Notes under the pieces: model-generated
What the model was told of the DNA's origin: nothing
The model's database searches: none
The model's input: only the letters and a program-made list of their open reading frames with translations
Position numbers and translations under genes: made by a program
Shown here: positions 45,365 to 54,078 of the stretch, in pieces
Layout of the letters: every line of letters starts with the position of its first letter
How positions within the stretch are numbered: the stretch's first letter is position 1
Source of the DNA: Gemmatimonadales bacterium
GTDB taxonomy: Bacteria; Gemmatimonadota; Gemmatimonadetes; Gemmatimonadales; GWC2-71-9
Direction: 5' to 3'
Length of the DNA stretch: 58,878 nt
Assembly (NCBI GenBank): GCA_031404115.1
Contig: JANNGX010000051.1
Location: 1-58,878, forward strand

Positions 45365-46509
45365 TTCGCCCCCCGCAATCGTTGCACGAGATGGCGGGCC
45401 GCGGGCACCACGCCGCTCACTTCCTCCACATGCGATTCCTCATCGGTGGCCTTGGCCGGGAGCGCAAGCCAGGCCTCGAAGCTGTGCACCGACTCGTCGA
45501 GCCGCCCGGCGCCCAGCAGTGCCCAGGCGAGCAGCCGGAGCGGCTTGGCGCCCCCGGGATCGAGCCGCACCGCTTCCCGCAGCGCGCGCTCGGCCTCGGG
45601 ATAGCGCCGCTCCGCCAGAAGAATCGCGCCCGCCAGCACGTGGGTACGCGGATCGTCCGGGAAGGCGTCGAGCGCCGCCTGCGCCGCCGAGCGTGCCGCC
45701 TCGCCATTGCCGGCGCGAAGCTGCTCCTCACCCTGCCGGAGCAGGGCCTCGGCGTCGGCCCGCGGCGCCGCGCGCGCCGAGTCCAGCGCGGGGTCACGCA
45801 GCACAATAACGCCGGCACAGGCGAGGCCGAAGAGCGCCCGCGCCACGTCGAATTCCGGCTCCCCGAGCGACAGCGCGATGGCCTGCACGTCGCGTTCCCC
45901 GTCGGCCGCGGAAATGACCCGCCATTCGAACGGCGTCAGGCTGAGGGACCCCGCTTCGTTGGAAACCGGGGGCGCCAGCCGCGCGATGACCCCGACGTGC
46001 GCCACCCGGGCCTGGATCCGCGACCACTCGTCGATCCGCCGGGCGCCCTCGAGCAGGAGGTGCTCCACCGAAATGCGCAGATCGGTTTCCCGGGGGATTG
46101 CCTCGGGAGCGCACTCCTCGAAAATGAAATACCCCTCGGACCAGCCCAGCATGGTGAACACCACGTCCTCGATATGGGCCCGCACCTGCGTGGTGAGCTC
46201 GCGGGCACCGAGGGCGCCCGCCGCCACCAGGATCTCGCCGATGCGGCGCTGGTCGCCCTGATCCTGCGCGGCGCGGGCCTGGAGCAGATCCTCTTGCCGG
46301 ATTTTGCCGGCGCGCAGCAGCGCCGTGCCAAGCGGGTGCGGATTCGACTGAATTGCTGCGGCCACCACCGCAGCCTCGTGGAACCAGATGGTGCCCTCGT
46401 TCTGGCGGAGCTCGGATGTGATCAGGAGCGCGCCGGTCTTCCGGCCCAGGTCGAGCAGCTGGAAGACATCGTGAATGCCCAGCTCGCGGAGCGGCCCCTG
46501 AATCGCCAT
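45361..46509 (-). CDS. PATAN (DUF4388) domain protein fused to TPR repeats (382 aa)
   Basis: N-terminus MAIQGPLRELGIHDVFQLLDLGRKTGALLITSELRQNEGTIWFHEAAVVAA, with C-terminal TPR units. It is a paralogue of 39590..41203. Confidence 0.75.
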   Translation of the reverse strand: MAIQGPLRELGIHDVFQLLDLGRKTGALLITSELRQNEGTIWFHEAAVVAAAIQSNPHPLGTALLRAGKIRQEDLLQARAAQDQGDQRRIGEILVAAGALGARELTTQVRAHIEDVVFTMLGWSEGYFIFEECAPEAIPRETDLRISVEHLLLEGARRIDEWSRIQARVAHVGVIARLAPPVSNEAGSLSLTPFEWRVISAADGERDVQAIALSLGEPEFDVARALFGLACAGVIVLRDPALDSARAAPRADAEALLRQGEEQLRAGNGEAARSAAQAALDAFPDDPRTHVLAGAILLAERRYPEAERALREAVRLDPGGAKPLRLLAWALLGAGRLDESVHSFEAWLALPAKATDEESHVEEVSGVVPAARHLVQRLRGAK

Positions 46510-46510
46510 C

Positions 46511-49201
46511 TCAGGCCTCGCTGCCCTGGAGGATGTGGGCCAGCTCGCGAGCCGAACGCGCCTGGGCCCGCGCCGCGGCAGCGAGCGAGCCGGTCGGCTC
46601 GAGCGCCACCACCCGCTCCCAATCGGAGACCGCGGCGCCGAACCGGCGCAGCCTGGCCTGCCCCACGCCCCGGTGAAAAAGGGCGGTCACGTGCTCGGGG
46701 TGAAATCGGAGCACCCGGTCGAAGGCGGCGATGGCATGGTGGGAGCGTCCCTCGTCGGCCAGCGTACGACCGAGGAGCACCAGCGCCTCGAGGGCGTACG
46801 GCTCGGCCAGCAGCAGATCGACCAGGAGGCGGGTGGCTTCCTGGGTAAGCCCGGTCCGGCGGAGCAGATCGCCCAGCGCGAGGCCCGCGTCGAGAAAGGT
46901 CGGCAGGAGCTCGAGGGCGCGCTGATAGGCGGCGCGCGCCGCTCCCGGCCGCTGCAGCTCCTCTTCGACGACACCCTTCTCATACCAGGCCTGCACCAGC
47001 GATGGATCCAGCTCCAGGGCCCCAGTGAGTGTGTCCAGCGCCCCTTCCCGGTCGCCCTGCTGGCGCAGCACGCTCCCACGCAGCAGCAGGAGATCGGGAC
47101 GCCCCGGCGCGAGGGCCGCGGCCCGGGCCGTATCCATCGCCGCGCCGTCGAGGTCGCCGATCAGCTGGCGGGCCCGCGCCCGCATCACGAGGGCATCGGC
47201 GTGGTTGGGCGCGAGGGCCGCCAGTCGCTCGGCCACCGCGATCGCGTCGGACCCGCGGCCCAGGGCCACCAGGGCGGCGGCCTCTCCCTGGAGAATCTCC
47301 ACGTCGTCCGGAGCGAGCGCACTGGCCTCCCGGTAGCGCTCCAGCGCCTCTCCGAACAGGCCCCGCTTGGCAAAGACGTCGCCCAGCAGCGCAGCACCGG
47401 TGGCGGGCGACGCCCCGCGCTGCACGGCCCGGTGGACCTCGGCCGCGGCGGTGTCGAGCAGACCCTTGCCGATGAGATCGCGAGCCAGCGAATACGGATC
47501 ATCCCGCGGCGACGGCGAGACCGCCGCCGGCTGATCGGGGGCAAGCTGTCCGAACAGCCCGTCGAGCACACCCGGATCGAAGGCGAACCCCGGCGTCGAC
47601 GCCAGCACTCCCGGCATGGCGGTGAGCGATGGGGGTATCGGGAGCAATGATTCTTCAAACTGGAGCTGGATCGCCAGCGCATACGATTCCGGGACGTAGA
47701 ACGAGTCGAGCTCCAGTGCGCGCCGGGTTTCCCGCAGCGCGTCATCGAAGGCGCCAAGCTGGCTCAGGGCGAAGCCCAGGTTGTAGCGCGCCGAGGCGTT
47801 GTTGGGATCGCCCTCCACCGAGCGGGCAAAGGCGTTCCGCGCGTCCTGGTGGCGGCGCAGTTCCATCAGCACCAGCCCGATGCCGTTCCACGCCGCGGCG
47901 TCACCCGCCCGTTCCGCAACCAGGCCTCGATACGCCTCCAGCGACGGCTTCAGCTCCCGCCGTTGCAGGTGCAGCAGGCCGAGGTTACGGCGGGCCCCGG
48001 CAAAATCGGGCCGGGCCCGGAGCGCGGCGTGAAGCGCCTCCAGCGCCGGCCCGGTATCGGCGTCGCTCGCGCCCGCCACCCCCAGGTTGTTCCAGGCCAG
48101 CGCGTAGGTGGGATCGGCGTCCACCGCCTTCCGGTAGGAGCCGCGGGCCTCCTCGCGCCGTCCGGCCTGGTGCAAGCAGACGCCCCGCTCGTTCCAAAGC
48201 TCGGCATTCCCGGGCTGGCGCTCCAGCAGGCGGTCGTAGAATTCGATGGCCGCGCCGAAGTCCTTCCGGAGCAGGTGGGTCTCGGCCATCGCCTCGAGCG
48301 CGGTGGCTTCGTCCTCGCCGGACTCGAGCGCCAGCCGGCACTCCCGCAGCGCTTCGGTGAGATAGCCGCGCTTGCGGAACGCCACCGAAAGGCTCAGGTG
48401 CGGCTGCAGCGAAGCCCCCTCCCGCCCCGCGGCCGCCGAAGCCCCTCCCCCGACGGGCCTGCGGGGGGCGGCGCCGCGCTGCGCGCCGATCAGGAGATTG
48501 GGTTGGGCGGTGCCGAGCGAGGGATTGAGCCCGATGGCGCGCCGTGTGGCCGAGCGCGCCGCTTCGTGATGGCCCAGGTCTCCATAGAGGAAACCGAGGA
48601 TGTAGTGCACCTCGGCGTGGTCGGGATTGAGCGCGACCGCTTCCGTGAGGACCGTCAGCGCCTTGTCGTTGAGGCCCCGGTTGTAGAGTGCCCGACCGAG
48701 GCAGAGCCGCGCTACCGAGCTGCGCGGATCCACCTCGCAGGCGCGCTGGAACCACTCGGTGGCCAGCTCCGGACGACCGCGAGATTGTTCCACCAGGCCG
48801 AGCTTGATCAGCGCGGTCGCGTCGGCAGGGTCGCTCCGGAGCAGTTCCTCGTACTGCTCCGCCGCCTGATCCTGTTGCCCCAGCGCGACGTAGGCGCGGG
48901 CCAACTCCAGCCGTGCGTTGCGGGCATTGGGGTCTCTGGCCAACTGCTCCCGAAGGTCGCCGATGATCGTGTCGTAGTACCCCGACTCCCGCTGCACCGT
49001 CTCGAGGTTGTCCTGGGCCACCCGCATCTCGGGATCGAGTTCCAGCGCGCCGCTGAACGCCGCGATGGCCTCCGGGATCATCCCCCGTTCGTAATAGAAG
49101 ACGCCGAGATTGTTTTGGGCGCCCGCATCGGAGGGGTCGATGCGCCGGGCCAGCGAGCGGAGAGCGTCGGCTTCCCGGCCGGTCGGTGCGGCCGCCGGCA
49201 T
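46511..49201 (-). CDS. large TPR-repeat protein (896 aa)
   Basis: More than 15 TPR units throughout (e.g. AIAAFSGALELDPEM, AAEQYEELLRSDPADA, AIEFYDRLLERQPGNAELWNERGVCL). No TM helix, HAMP or methyl-accepting signature seen. Confidence 0.8.
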   Translation of the reverse strand: MPAAAPTGREADALRSLARRIDPSDAGAQNNLGVFYYERGMIPEAIAAFSGALELDPEMRVAQDNLETVQRESGYYDTIIGDLREQLARDPNARNARLELARAYVALGQQDQAAEQYEELLRSDPADATALIKLGLVEQSRGRPELATEWFQRACEVDPRSSVARLCLGRALYNRGLNDKALTVLTEAVALNPDHAEVHYILGFLYGDLGHHEAARSATRRAIGLNPSLGTAQPNLLIGAQRGAAPRRPVGGGASAAAGREGASLQPHLSLSVAFRKRGYLTEALRECRLALESGEDEATALEAMAETHLLRKDFGAAIEFYDRLLERQPGNAELWNERGVCLHQAGRREEARGSYRKAVDADPTYALAWNNLGVAGASDADTGPALEALHAALRARPDFAGARRNLGLLHLQRRELKPSLEAYRGLVAERAGDAAAWNGIGLVLMELRRHQDARNAFARSVEGDPNNASARYNLGFALSQLGAFDDALRETRRALELDSFYVPESYALAIQLQFEESLLPIPPSLTAMPGVLASTPGFAFDPGVLDGLFGQLAPDQPAAVSPSPRDDPYSLARDLIGKGLLDTAAAEVHRAVQRGASPATGAALLGDVFAKRGLFGEALERYREASALAPDDVEILQGEAAALVALGRGSDAIAVAERLAALAPNHADALVMRARARQLIGDLDGAAMDTARAAALAPGRPDLLLLRGSVLRQQGDREGALDTLTGALELDPSLVQAWYEKGVVEEELQRPGAARAAYQRALELLPTFLDAGLALGDLLRRTGLTQEATRLLVDLLLAEPYALEALVLLGRTLADEGRSHHAIAAFDRVLRFHPEHVTALFHRGVGQARLRRFGAAVSDWERVVALEPTGSLAAAARAQARSARELAHILQGSEA

Positions 49202-49205
49202 CGCG

Positions 49206-49829
49206 TCAGTTGACGATGCGAATCGAGTCGAAAATCGCCTGCAGGGCGGGAGGGTCCGGCATCAGGAGGAATTGCCCGGTGAGCGCCCGCGCGGAGCCCT
49301 CGATCCGGAACGTGGTCTCGACGCAGAACAGCGCATCCCGCTCGTGCCCGAAATTCAGATACGCCGTGGTGAGCACCGCCCCGGCGAGGTCCACGACCAG
49401 GGCCGGCACCGAGGGCACCAGCATCATGCCGAGAAAATCGGAGAGGGCATTCAAGTACGCGGAACAGAGGATGTTCCCGGTTTCCTTGATGGTGGACTGC
49501 TCCATCGCGTCGAAGCCGGCCTGACCGGTACGGGGGCGGCGCAACAGCATCTCGCAGAGGGAGTAGGCCGACTCCTGATCCAGGACCACCAAGGTGCGGC
49601 CGGTCAGGTCGCCCATCACGTGCATCAGCACGCCGGCGATCACCGCGTCCGACGGGCCCACCAGCTCGGCCACTTCCTCGAGCCGGCGGACGCTCACTTC
49701 GGGCACGCTGATCATGATCTTGCGGCTGGTCATCTGGGAAAGCGCCGTGGCGGCGTGGCCGGCCCCGATATTGGCCACCTCCCGCAACGCGTCACGCTCC
49801 AGGTCTGACAGAATCCTCCGGTCTGCCAT
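49206..49829 (-). CDS. cheC: CheY-P phosphatase CheC
   Basis: Two CheC/FliY active-site repeats, ERDALREVANIGAGHAATAL and EQSTIKETGNILCSAYLNAL. ATG at 49829 is preceded by GGAGGA. The ORF-track start at 49841 is GTG. Confidence 0.85.
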   Translation of the reverse strand: MADRRILSDLERDALREVANIGAGHAATALSQMTSRKIMISVPEVSVRRLEEVAELVGPSDAVIAGVLMHVMGDLTGRTLVVLDQESAYSLCEMLLRRPRTGQAGFDAMEQSTIKETGNILCSAYLNALSDFLGMMLVPSVPALVVDLAGAVLTTAYLNFGHERDALFCVETTFRIEGSARALTGQFLLMPDPPALQAIFDSIRIVN

Positions 49830-49841
49830 CGAGTCCTCCAC

Positions 49842-51420
49842 CTAGAAGAGAGCGGCCGGATCCAGAATGAGCGCCGGTGAACCGTCGGGCAGAATCGTGG
49901 CGCCGCCCACCCAGGCCGGCAGCCCGAGCGGGGCGGCGAGCTGCTCCACCACGACGTCCTGTTGTCCGAGCAACGCGTCCACGACCAGGGCGGCCCGCCC
50001 CCCCGCCGGCGTCCACCACGACCACCGGTCGGCGGCCCTTTCCTGCTCGGGTCAAACCGACGACGTCCCGGAGATCCGCCGTGGGAAGCGGCGACCCCCG
50101 TAAGGTAACCTCGGACTCTGCCTGCTCATGCACGGCCGCCTCGGCCAGCACCCCGAAGGGAATCGCGTATCGCTCGTCCTCGACACCGACCAGCAACGCC
50201 CGCAGAATCGCCCGGGTCACCGGGAGGTGCATCAGGAAGGTGGTGCCCCGCCCCGGCACCGTCTTGAGCTCCATCCGGCCACCCAGGGAGCGGACCCGCG
50301 TGAGCACGGCATCGATTCCCACGCCGCGTCCGGAGACGGAAGTGACGTGGGCCCTCGTCGTGAATCCGGGGTGCGCCAGCAGACGAAGCAGCGCCACGGC
50401 GTCCGGCACCGGAGCGCCGGCCTCGAGCAAACCGCGTTCCACCGCGCGGTCCCGAACCCCGGCGCGGTCGATCCCTCGGCCATCGTCCGCCACGGTGACG
50501 GTCACCTCGTCCCGCACCCGCTCGGCCCGGAGCCGGATGGTGCCTTCGGAATCCTTGCCGGCGGCGACCCGCTCCGCCCCGGTTTCCAGGCCGTGGTCCG
50601 CGGCGTTGCGAAGCAGGTGGGTGAGCGGCTCGGTGAGCGCGTCCAGCACCGAGCGGTCTACCTCGATGTCGGTGCCCTGAAGCTCGAGCCGGATTTCCTT
50701 GCCCAGCTCGCGACCCAGGTCCCGCACCATGCGGGGGAAACGGTCGAACACCTCGTCGACCGGCGCCATCCGGGCCCGGAGCACCCCGCTCTGGAGGCCG
50801 GCCACCAGCGCCGAGATCCGGCCACTGACCTGTTCCAGATCGGAGCCGATCTCGCGATCGGCGATCGCCGAGAGCCGGTTACGGGCCACCACCAGCTCCC
50901 CCACGTCGTTCACCAGGGAATCGAGCCGCTCGAGGTCCACCCGTACCTGCCGCGCGACAGGGCGGACCGGGGCGGTGACGGCGGTACTCAGCCGGGCATC
51001 GCGGCGCCGCTCCGGAATCGGGATTTCGGCGGTTCGCATTTCGATCGTGGGAACCAGCCGGAAGAGTGCTTCGATCAGCTCGAGGTCCACCACCGGCGTG
51101 TCTCCGCGGCCCACCGCTTCCACCCCTTCGGCCAGCGCGTCCACCGCCCGGAAGAGGCCATCGATGATGGCCCGCGATGGCTCGACCGTGCCCTCCCGGA
51201 TGCCGGCCAGCAGTTGCTCCGCCGCATGGGCCAGCTCGGACACCGGGTCGAAGCCCATTGCCGCCGACGAGCCCTTGATGGAATGGAACGCACGAAAGAG
51301 CTCGGCCACCGGAGTGGACGAGCCGGGATTACGCTCCAAGGCAAGGAGCAGCTCGTTGCAGCGCTGGAGGTGGTCGCGACTGTCGGAGAGGAAGAGAGCG
51401 GTATACCGGGCGAGATCCAC
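49842..51420 (-). pseudogene. cheA: chemotaxis histidine kinase CheA, reading frame interrupted at a C7/G7 tract (true frameshift, slippage site or sequencing error)
   Basis: Hpt (FHSIKGSSAA), dimerisation and HATPase (NAADHG, DDGRGID, GRGVGID, GRGTTF) regions are intact in the frame ending at 49792. After ...VVVVDAGGG the text becomes arginine/glycine junk. The -1 shifted frame continues as RAALVVDALLGQQDVVVEQLAAPLGLPAWVGGATILPDGSPALILDPAALF*, a perfect CheW-like domain end with TAG at 49842-44. Confidence 0.85.
49998..50004. repeat. C7/G7 homopolymer at the cheA frame break
   Basis: gcccccccg at 49997-50005. Removing one C fuses the two cheA frames seamlessly. Confidence 0.9.
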
Positions 51421-51426
51421 CGCAGC

Positions 51427-51789
51427 TCACCCGAGCAATCGCTGCACCGCTTCAAGCACCCGCGACGGCTGGAAGGGCTTGACCACGAAATCCTTGGCGC
51501 CCGCCTGGATCGCCTCGACCACCAGTGCCTGCTGTCCCATTGCGCTGCACATCAGGATCTTGGCCTCCGGGTGGTCCTTGCAGATTTCCCGGACCGCTTC
51601 GATGCCGCCCATGTCCGGCATGACGATGTCCATCGTGACGAGATCGGGTTTGAGCTGGCGATATTTCTCCACCGCCTGGGCGCCGGATTCCGCCTCGCCG
51701 ATCACCTCGTACCCGGCCTGGGTGAGAATGTCGGTAATCATCGTCCGCATGAAGATCGCGTCGTCGCAGACGAGCACGGTATGGCCCAC
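51427..51789 (-). CDS. cheY: single-domain response regulator CheY
   Basis: 120 aa. VLVCDD, TMDIVMPDMGG (phospho-Asp), MCSAMG, VVKPF. GTG start with AAGGGGG upstream. Confidence 0.9.
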   Translation of the reverse strand: MGHTVLVCDDAIFMRTMITDILTQAGYEVIGEAESGAQAVEKYRQLKPDLVTMDIVMPDMGGIEAVREICKDHPEAKILMCSAMGQQALVVEAIQAGAKDFVVKPFQPSRVLEAVQRLLG

Positions 51790-51806
51790 GGTGGCACCCC
51801 CTTCGT

Positions 51807-52184
51807 TTACGCCTTGGTCGCTTCGGGCCGGAACAGTGGCCGGACCAGGGCTTCGACGTCGAGCATCGCGAGCCGGCCGGCGGTTTCGGTAGCATGGAGG
51901 TCTTCCACGTCATCCACTTCGATCGCGACCCGTCCGTCGTACATCGCGAGCACGAGCAGGTAGTCGCTGGCACCGCTCTCGGACTCCGCCAGGAGCGCGG
52001 CCCCGCTCACCACCGTGACCAATCCACCCCGAACGTTGACCACCCCCCGAATCTGGGCCGCCGCTCCAGGAATGCGAATAACCCCCGGCGCGGTGACGAC
52101 CTCGCGAACCGCCGCGACGGGGACTGTAAAGCGCCTGGAGCCGACGCGACACACCACGACACGCCCGCCGGCGGCATTACTCAT
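51807..52184 (-). CDS. cheW: coupling protein CheW
   Basis: 125 aa, CheW-like pattern (RFTVPVAAVREVV..IRGVVNVRGGLVTVV). ATG overlaps the rluD stop (ATGA). Confidence 0.9.
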   Translation of the reverse strand: MSNAAGGRVVVCRVGSRRFTVPVAAVREVVTAPGVIRIPGAAAQIRGVVNVRGGLVTVVSGAALLAESESGASDYLLVLAMYDGRVAIEVDDVEDLHATETAGRLAMLDVEALVRPLFRPEATKA

Positions 52185-53074
52185 TCGGATCGATACCTGA
52201 AGAAGTCAAAATAGGTAAGCCCCGCTGTTGGAGCAACTTGGCCCTGGGAGGACCGGGCCAATTCGAGCGCCTCATGAAGGTCCGCAGGCCATTCCGACGC
52301 AAAGGCCATGCGGGCACCCGTGATCGGGTGCTTGAACACCAGCTCGGCGGCATGCAATGCCTGCCTCGGCGTGGCCCGCTCGAGGCGGTCAGCGGCCTGC
52401 CGCCCGGGACCGGCCATCCGTCTGGCCCCGCCGCCGCTGTAGACCGGGTCTCCCACCACCGGATGACCGGCGTGAGCCAGATGGACCCGAATCTGGTGGG
52501 TGCGGCCGGAGTGCAGCTCGGCGCGAACCAGGTCGCACACGTCGAAGCGCGCCAGCACGTGCACGTCGGTCCGGGCGGCTCGGCCGTCCTCCCGGACCAT
52601 CATCCGCTTCCGGTCGGTGGGACTCCGCGCCATCGGGGCCTCGATCACCACCAGCGACTCGTCGAAGTGACCCCAGGCCAGAACCGCGTAGCCCCGCTTG
52701 ACCTGCCGGGCAGCAAGGGCCGCGCTGAGACGCCGGTGCGCCAGATCGGTCTTGGCCACCACCATGAGCCCGCTGGTGTCCCGGTCCAGTCGGTGGACGA
52801 TGCCGGGCCGGCCTTCCGCTCCTCCCGAAAGCGTGGTGCCGCGGGCCACCAGCGCATTCACCAGCGTGTCGTCCCAGTGCCCCGGCGCCGGATGAACCAC
52901 CAATCCGGCGGGCTTGTCGATCACCGCGAGGTATTCGTCCTCGAAAACCACGTTGAGCGCCAGCGGATTGGGCGCGAGGGTGCGGGGCGGCTCGTGCTCC
53001 GGGAAGGAGACTTCGACCAGGTCCCGGTGCTCGGGAATACGCGAGGCCCGGACGACTTTTCCATTGACCCGCAC
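52181..53074 (-). CDS. rluD: 23S rRNA pseudouridine synthase, RluD/RluA family (coding sequence probably extends upstream to about 53191, see findings)
   Basis: VIDKPAGLVVHP, HRLDRDTSGLMVVAK, RTHQIRVH. The in-frame S4 motif ERIDRFLADQLALSRTQAARIVAAGSVRVNGK lies upstream of the first canonical start. Confidence 0.9.
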   Translation of the reverse strand: MRVNGKVVRASRIPEHRDLVEVSFPEHEPPRTLAPNPLALNVVFEDEYLAVIDKPAGLVVHPAPGHWDDTLVNALVARGTTLSGGAEGRPGIVHRLDRDTSGLMVVAKTDLAHRRLSAALAARQVKRGYAVLAWGHFDESLVVIEAPMARSPTDRKRMMVREDGRAARTDVHVLARFDVCDLVRAELHSGRTHQIRVHLAHAGHPVVGDPVYSGGGARRMAGPGRQAADRLERATPRQALHAAELVFKHPITGARMAFASEWPADLHEALELARSSQGQVAPTAGLTYFDFFRYRSE

Positions 53075-53198
53075 CGAACCCGCCGCGACGATACGGGCCG
53101 CCTGGGTCCGCGAGAGAGCGAGCTGGTCGGCGAGGAATCGATCGATGCGTTCGGCCGTCGCGGCCGCGACAGAAAAGGTAACGGGAGGCAGCGGCGGC

Positions 53199-53711
53199 TC
53201 AGGCGGACGGCGCGGTGTGGCTCCGCGACCGGCGCGCGTCCTCGAGCCAGAGCGACATGGCGAGGGCGATCGCGCCGCAACTCACCCCCATGTCGGCCAC
53301 GTTGAAGGTCGGCCAGCGGTGCGCGCCGATGCCCACATCGATGAAATCCACCACCCCCTGCGCGGAGCGAATGCGGTCCACCAGATTCCCCGCGGCCCCG
53401 CCGGCCACCAGCCCGCAGGCCACCTGACGCATATAGTCCCGGGGCGCGCTCGACCTGGCCAGGCGATACAGCAGCACGACGGCGAGCACCGCCACGCCGA
53501 GGAAGATCCAGCGCGACCAGGGCCCCAGATGCAGCCCGAACGCCGCCCCCTGGTTGTAGACCAGCCGGAACTGCACCCAGTCTCCGAGCACCTCGACCGC
53601 CGGGACGGGCAGCAGCGACTGCTCCGCCACGCGCTTGGTGACGAAATCGATGACGAGAAGGACCGACGCAATCGCCCAGAAAAGGCGGCGGCCCTCAGCG
53701 GCGCTTCTCAT
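53199..53711 (-). CDS. lspA: lipoprotein signal peptidase II
   Basis: YNQGAAFGL, NLVDRI, VVDFIDVG, TFNVADMG. I prefer the ATG at 53711 (MRSAAEGRRLFWAIASVLLVIDF). Confidence 0.9.
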   Translation of the reverse strand: MRSAAEGRRLFWAIASVLLVIDFVTKRVAEQSLLPVPAVEVLGDWVQFRLVYNQGAAFGLHLGPWSRWIFLGVAVLAVVLLYRLARSSAPRDYMRQVACGLVAGGAAGNLVDRIRSAQGVVDFIDVGIGAHRWPTFNVADMGVSCGAIALAMSLWLEDARRSRSHTAPSA

Positions 53712-54078
53712 CTTCCTCCTTCTCCTTGCACGTAATGCAGAGCCGCGCGTGCGGAAGCGCATCGAGCCGCTCGAACGCGATCTCCTGGCCGCACTGATGG
53801 CACTTGCCGAACTTGTCGGGCTCCCCGTACAACCGCCGGAGGGCCTGGTTCACGTGCCAGAGATAGCGCCCCTCCTGCGAAGCAAACAGGAACTGCTTTT
53901 CCCGTTCCATCGTGTCGGTACCCTGATCCGCCATGTGGAACGAGTAGGAGGAGAGGTCCCCGTCGGACGACTGCAGCGTGTTGTTGAAAGACTCGTCGTA
54001 GTACCCCAGCTCCTTCATGACCCTGGCACGCTCGTCGAGGAGCCGCGATTCGAGATACGTCAGCTGCTTCTTATTCAT
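53695..54078 (-). CDS. DksA/TraR-family C4 zinc-finger protein
   Basis: 127 aa. CHQCGQEIAFERLDALPHARLCITC four-Cys finger with an N-terminal coiled-coil region. ATG overlaps the ileS stop (ATGA). Confidence 0.85.
   Translation of the reverse strand: MNKKQLTYLESRLLDERARVMKELGYYDESFNNTLQSSDGDLSSYSFHMADQGTDTMEREKQFLFASQEGRYLWHVNQALRRLYGEPDKFGKCHQCGQEIAFERLDALPHARLCITCKEKEEDEKRR

Noticed and set aside
46511-49201. Possibility that the 896-aa protein (or the PATAN-TPR proteins) is the missing MCP
   Set aside because: None has a transmembrane segment, HAMP domain or the conserved methyl-accepting signalling hairpin. They read as TPR arrays throughout.
50128-51963. 611-aa plus-strand ORF antisense to cheA, cheY and cheW (similarly 54123..55853 antisense to ileS)
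   Set aside because: Shadow ORFs in a GC-rich genome, with no domain signatures.
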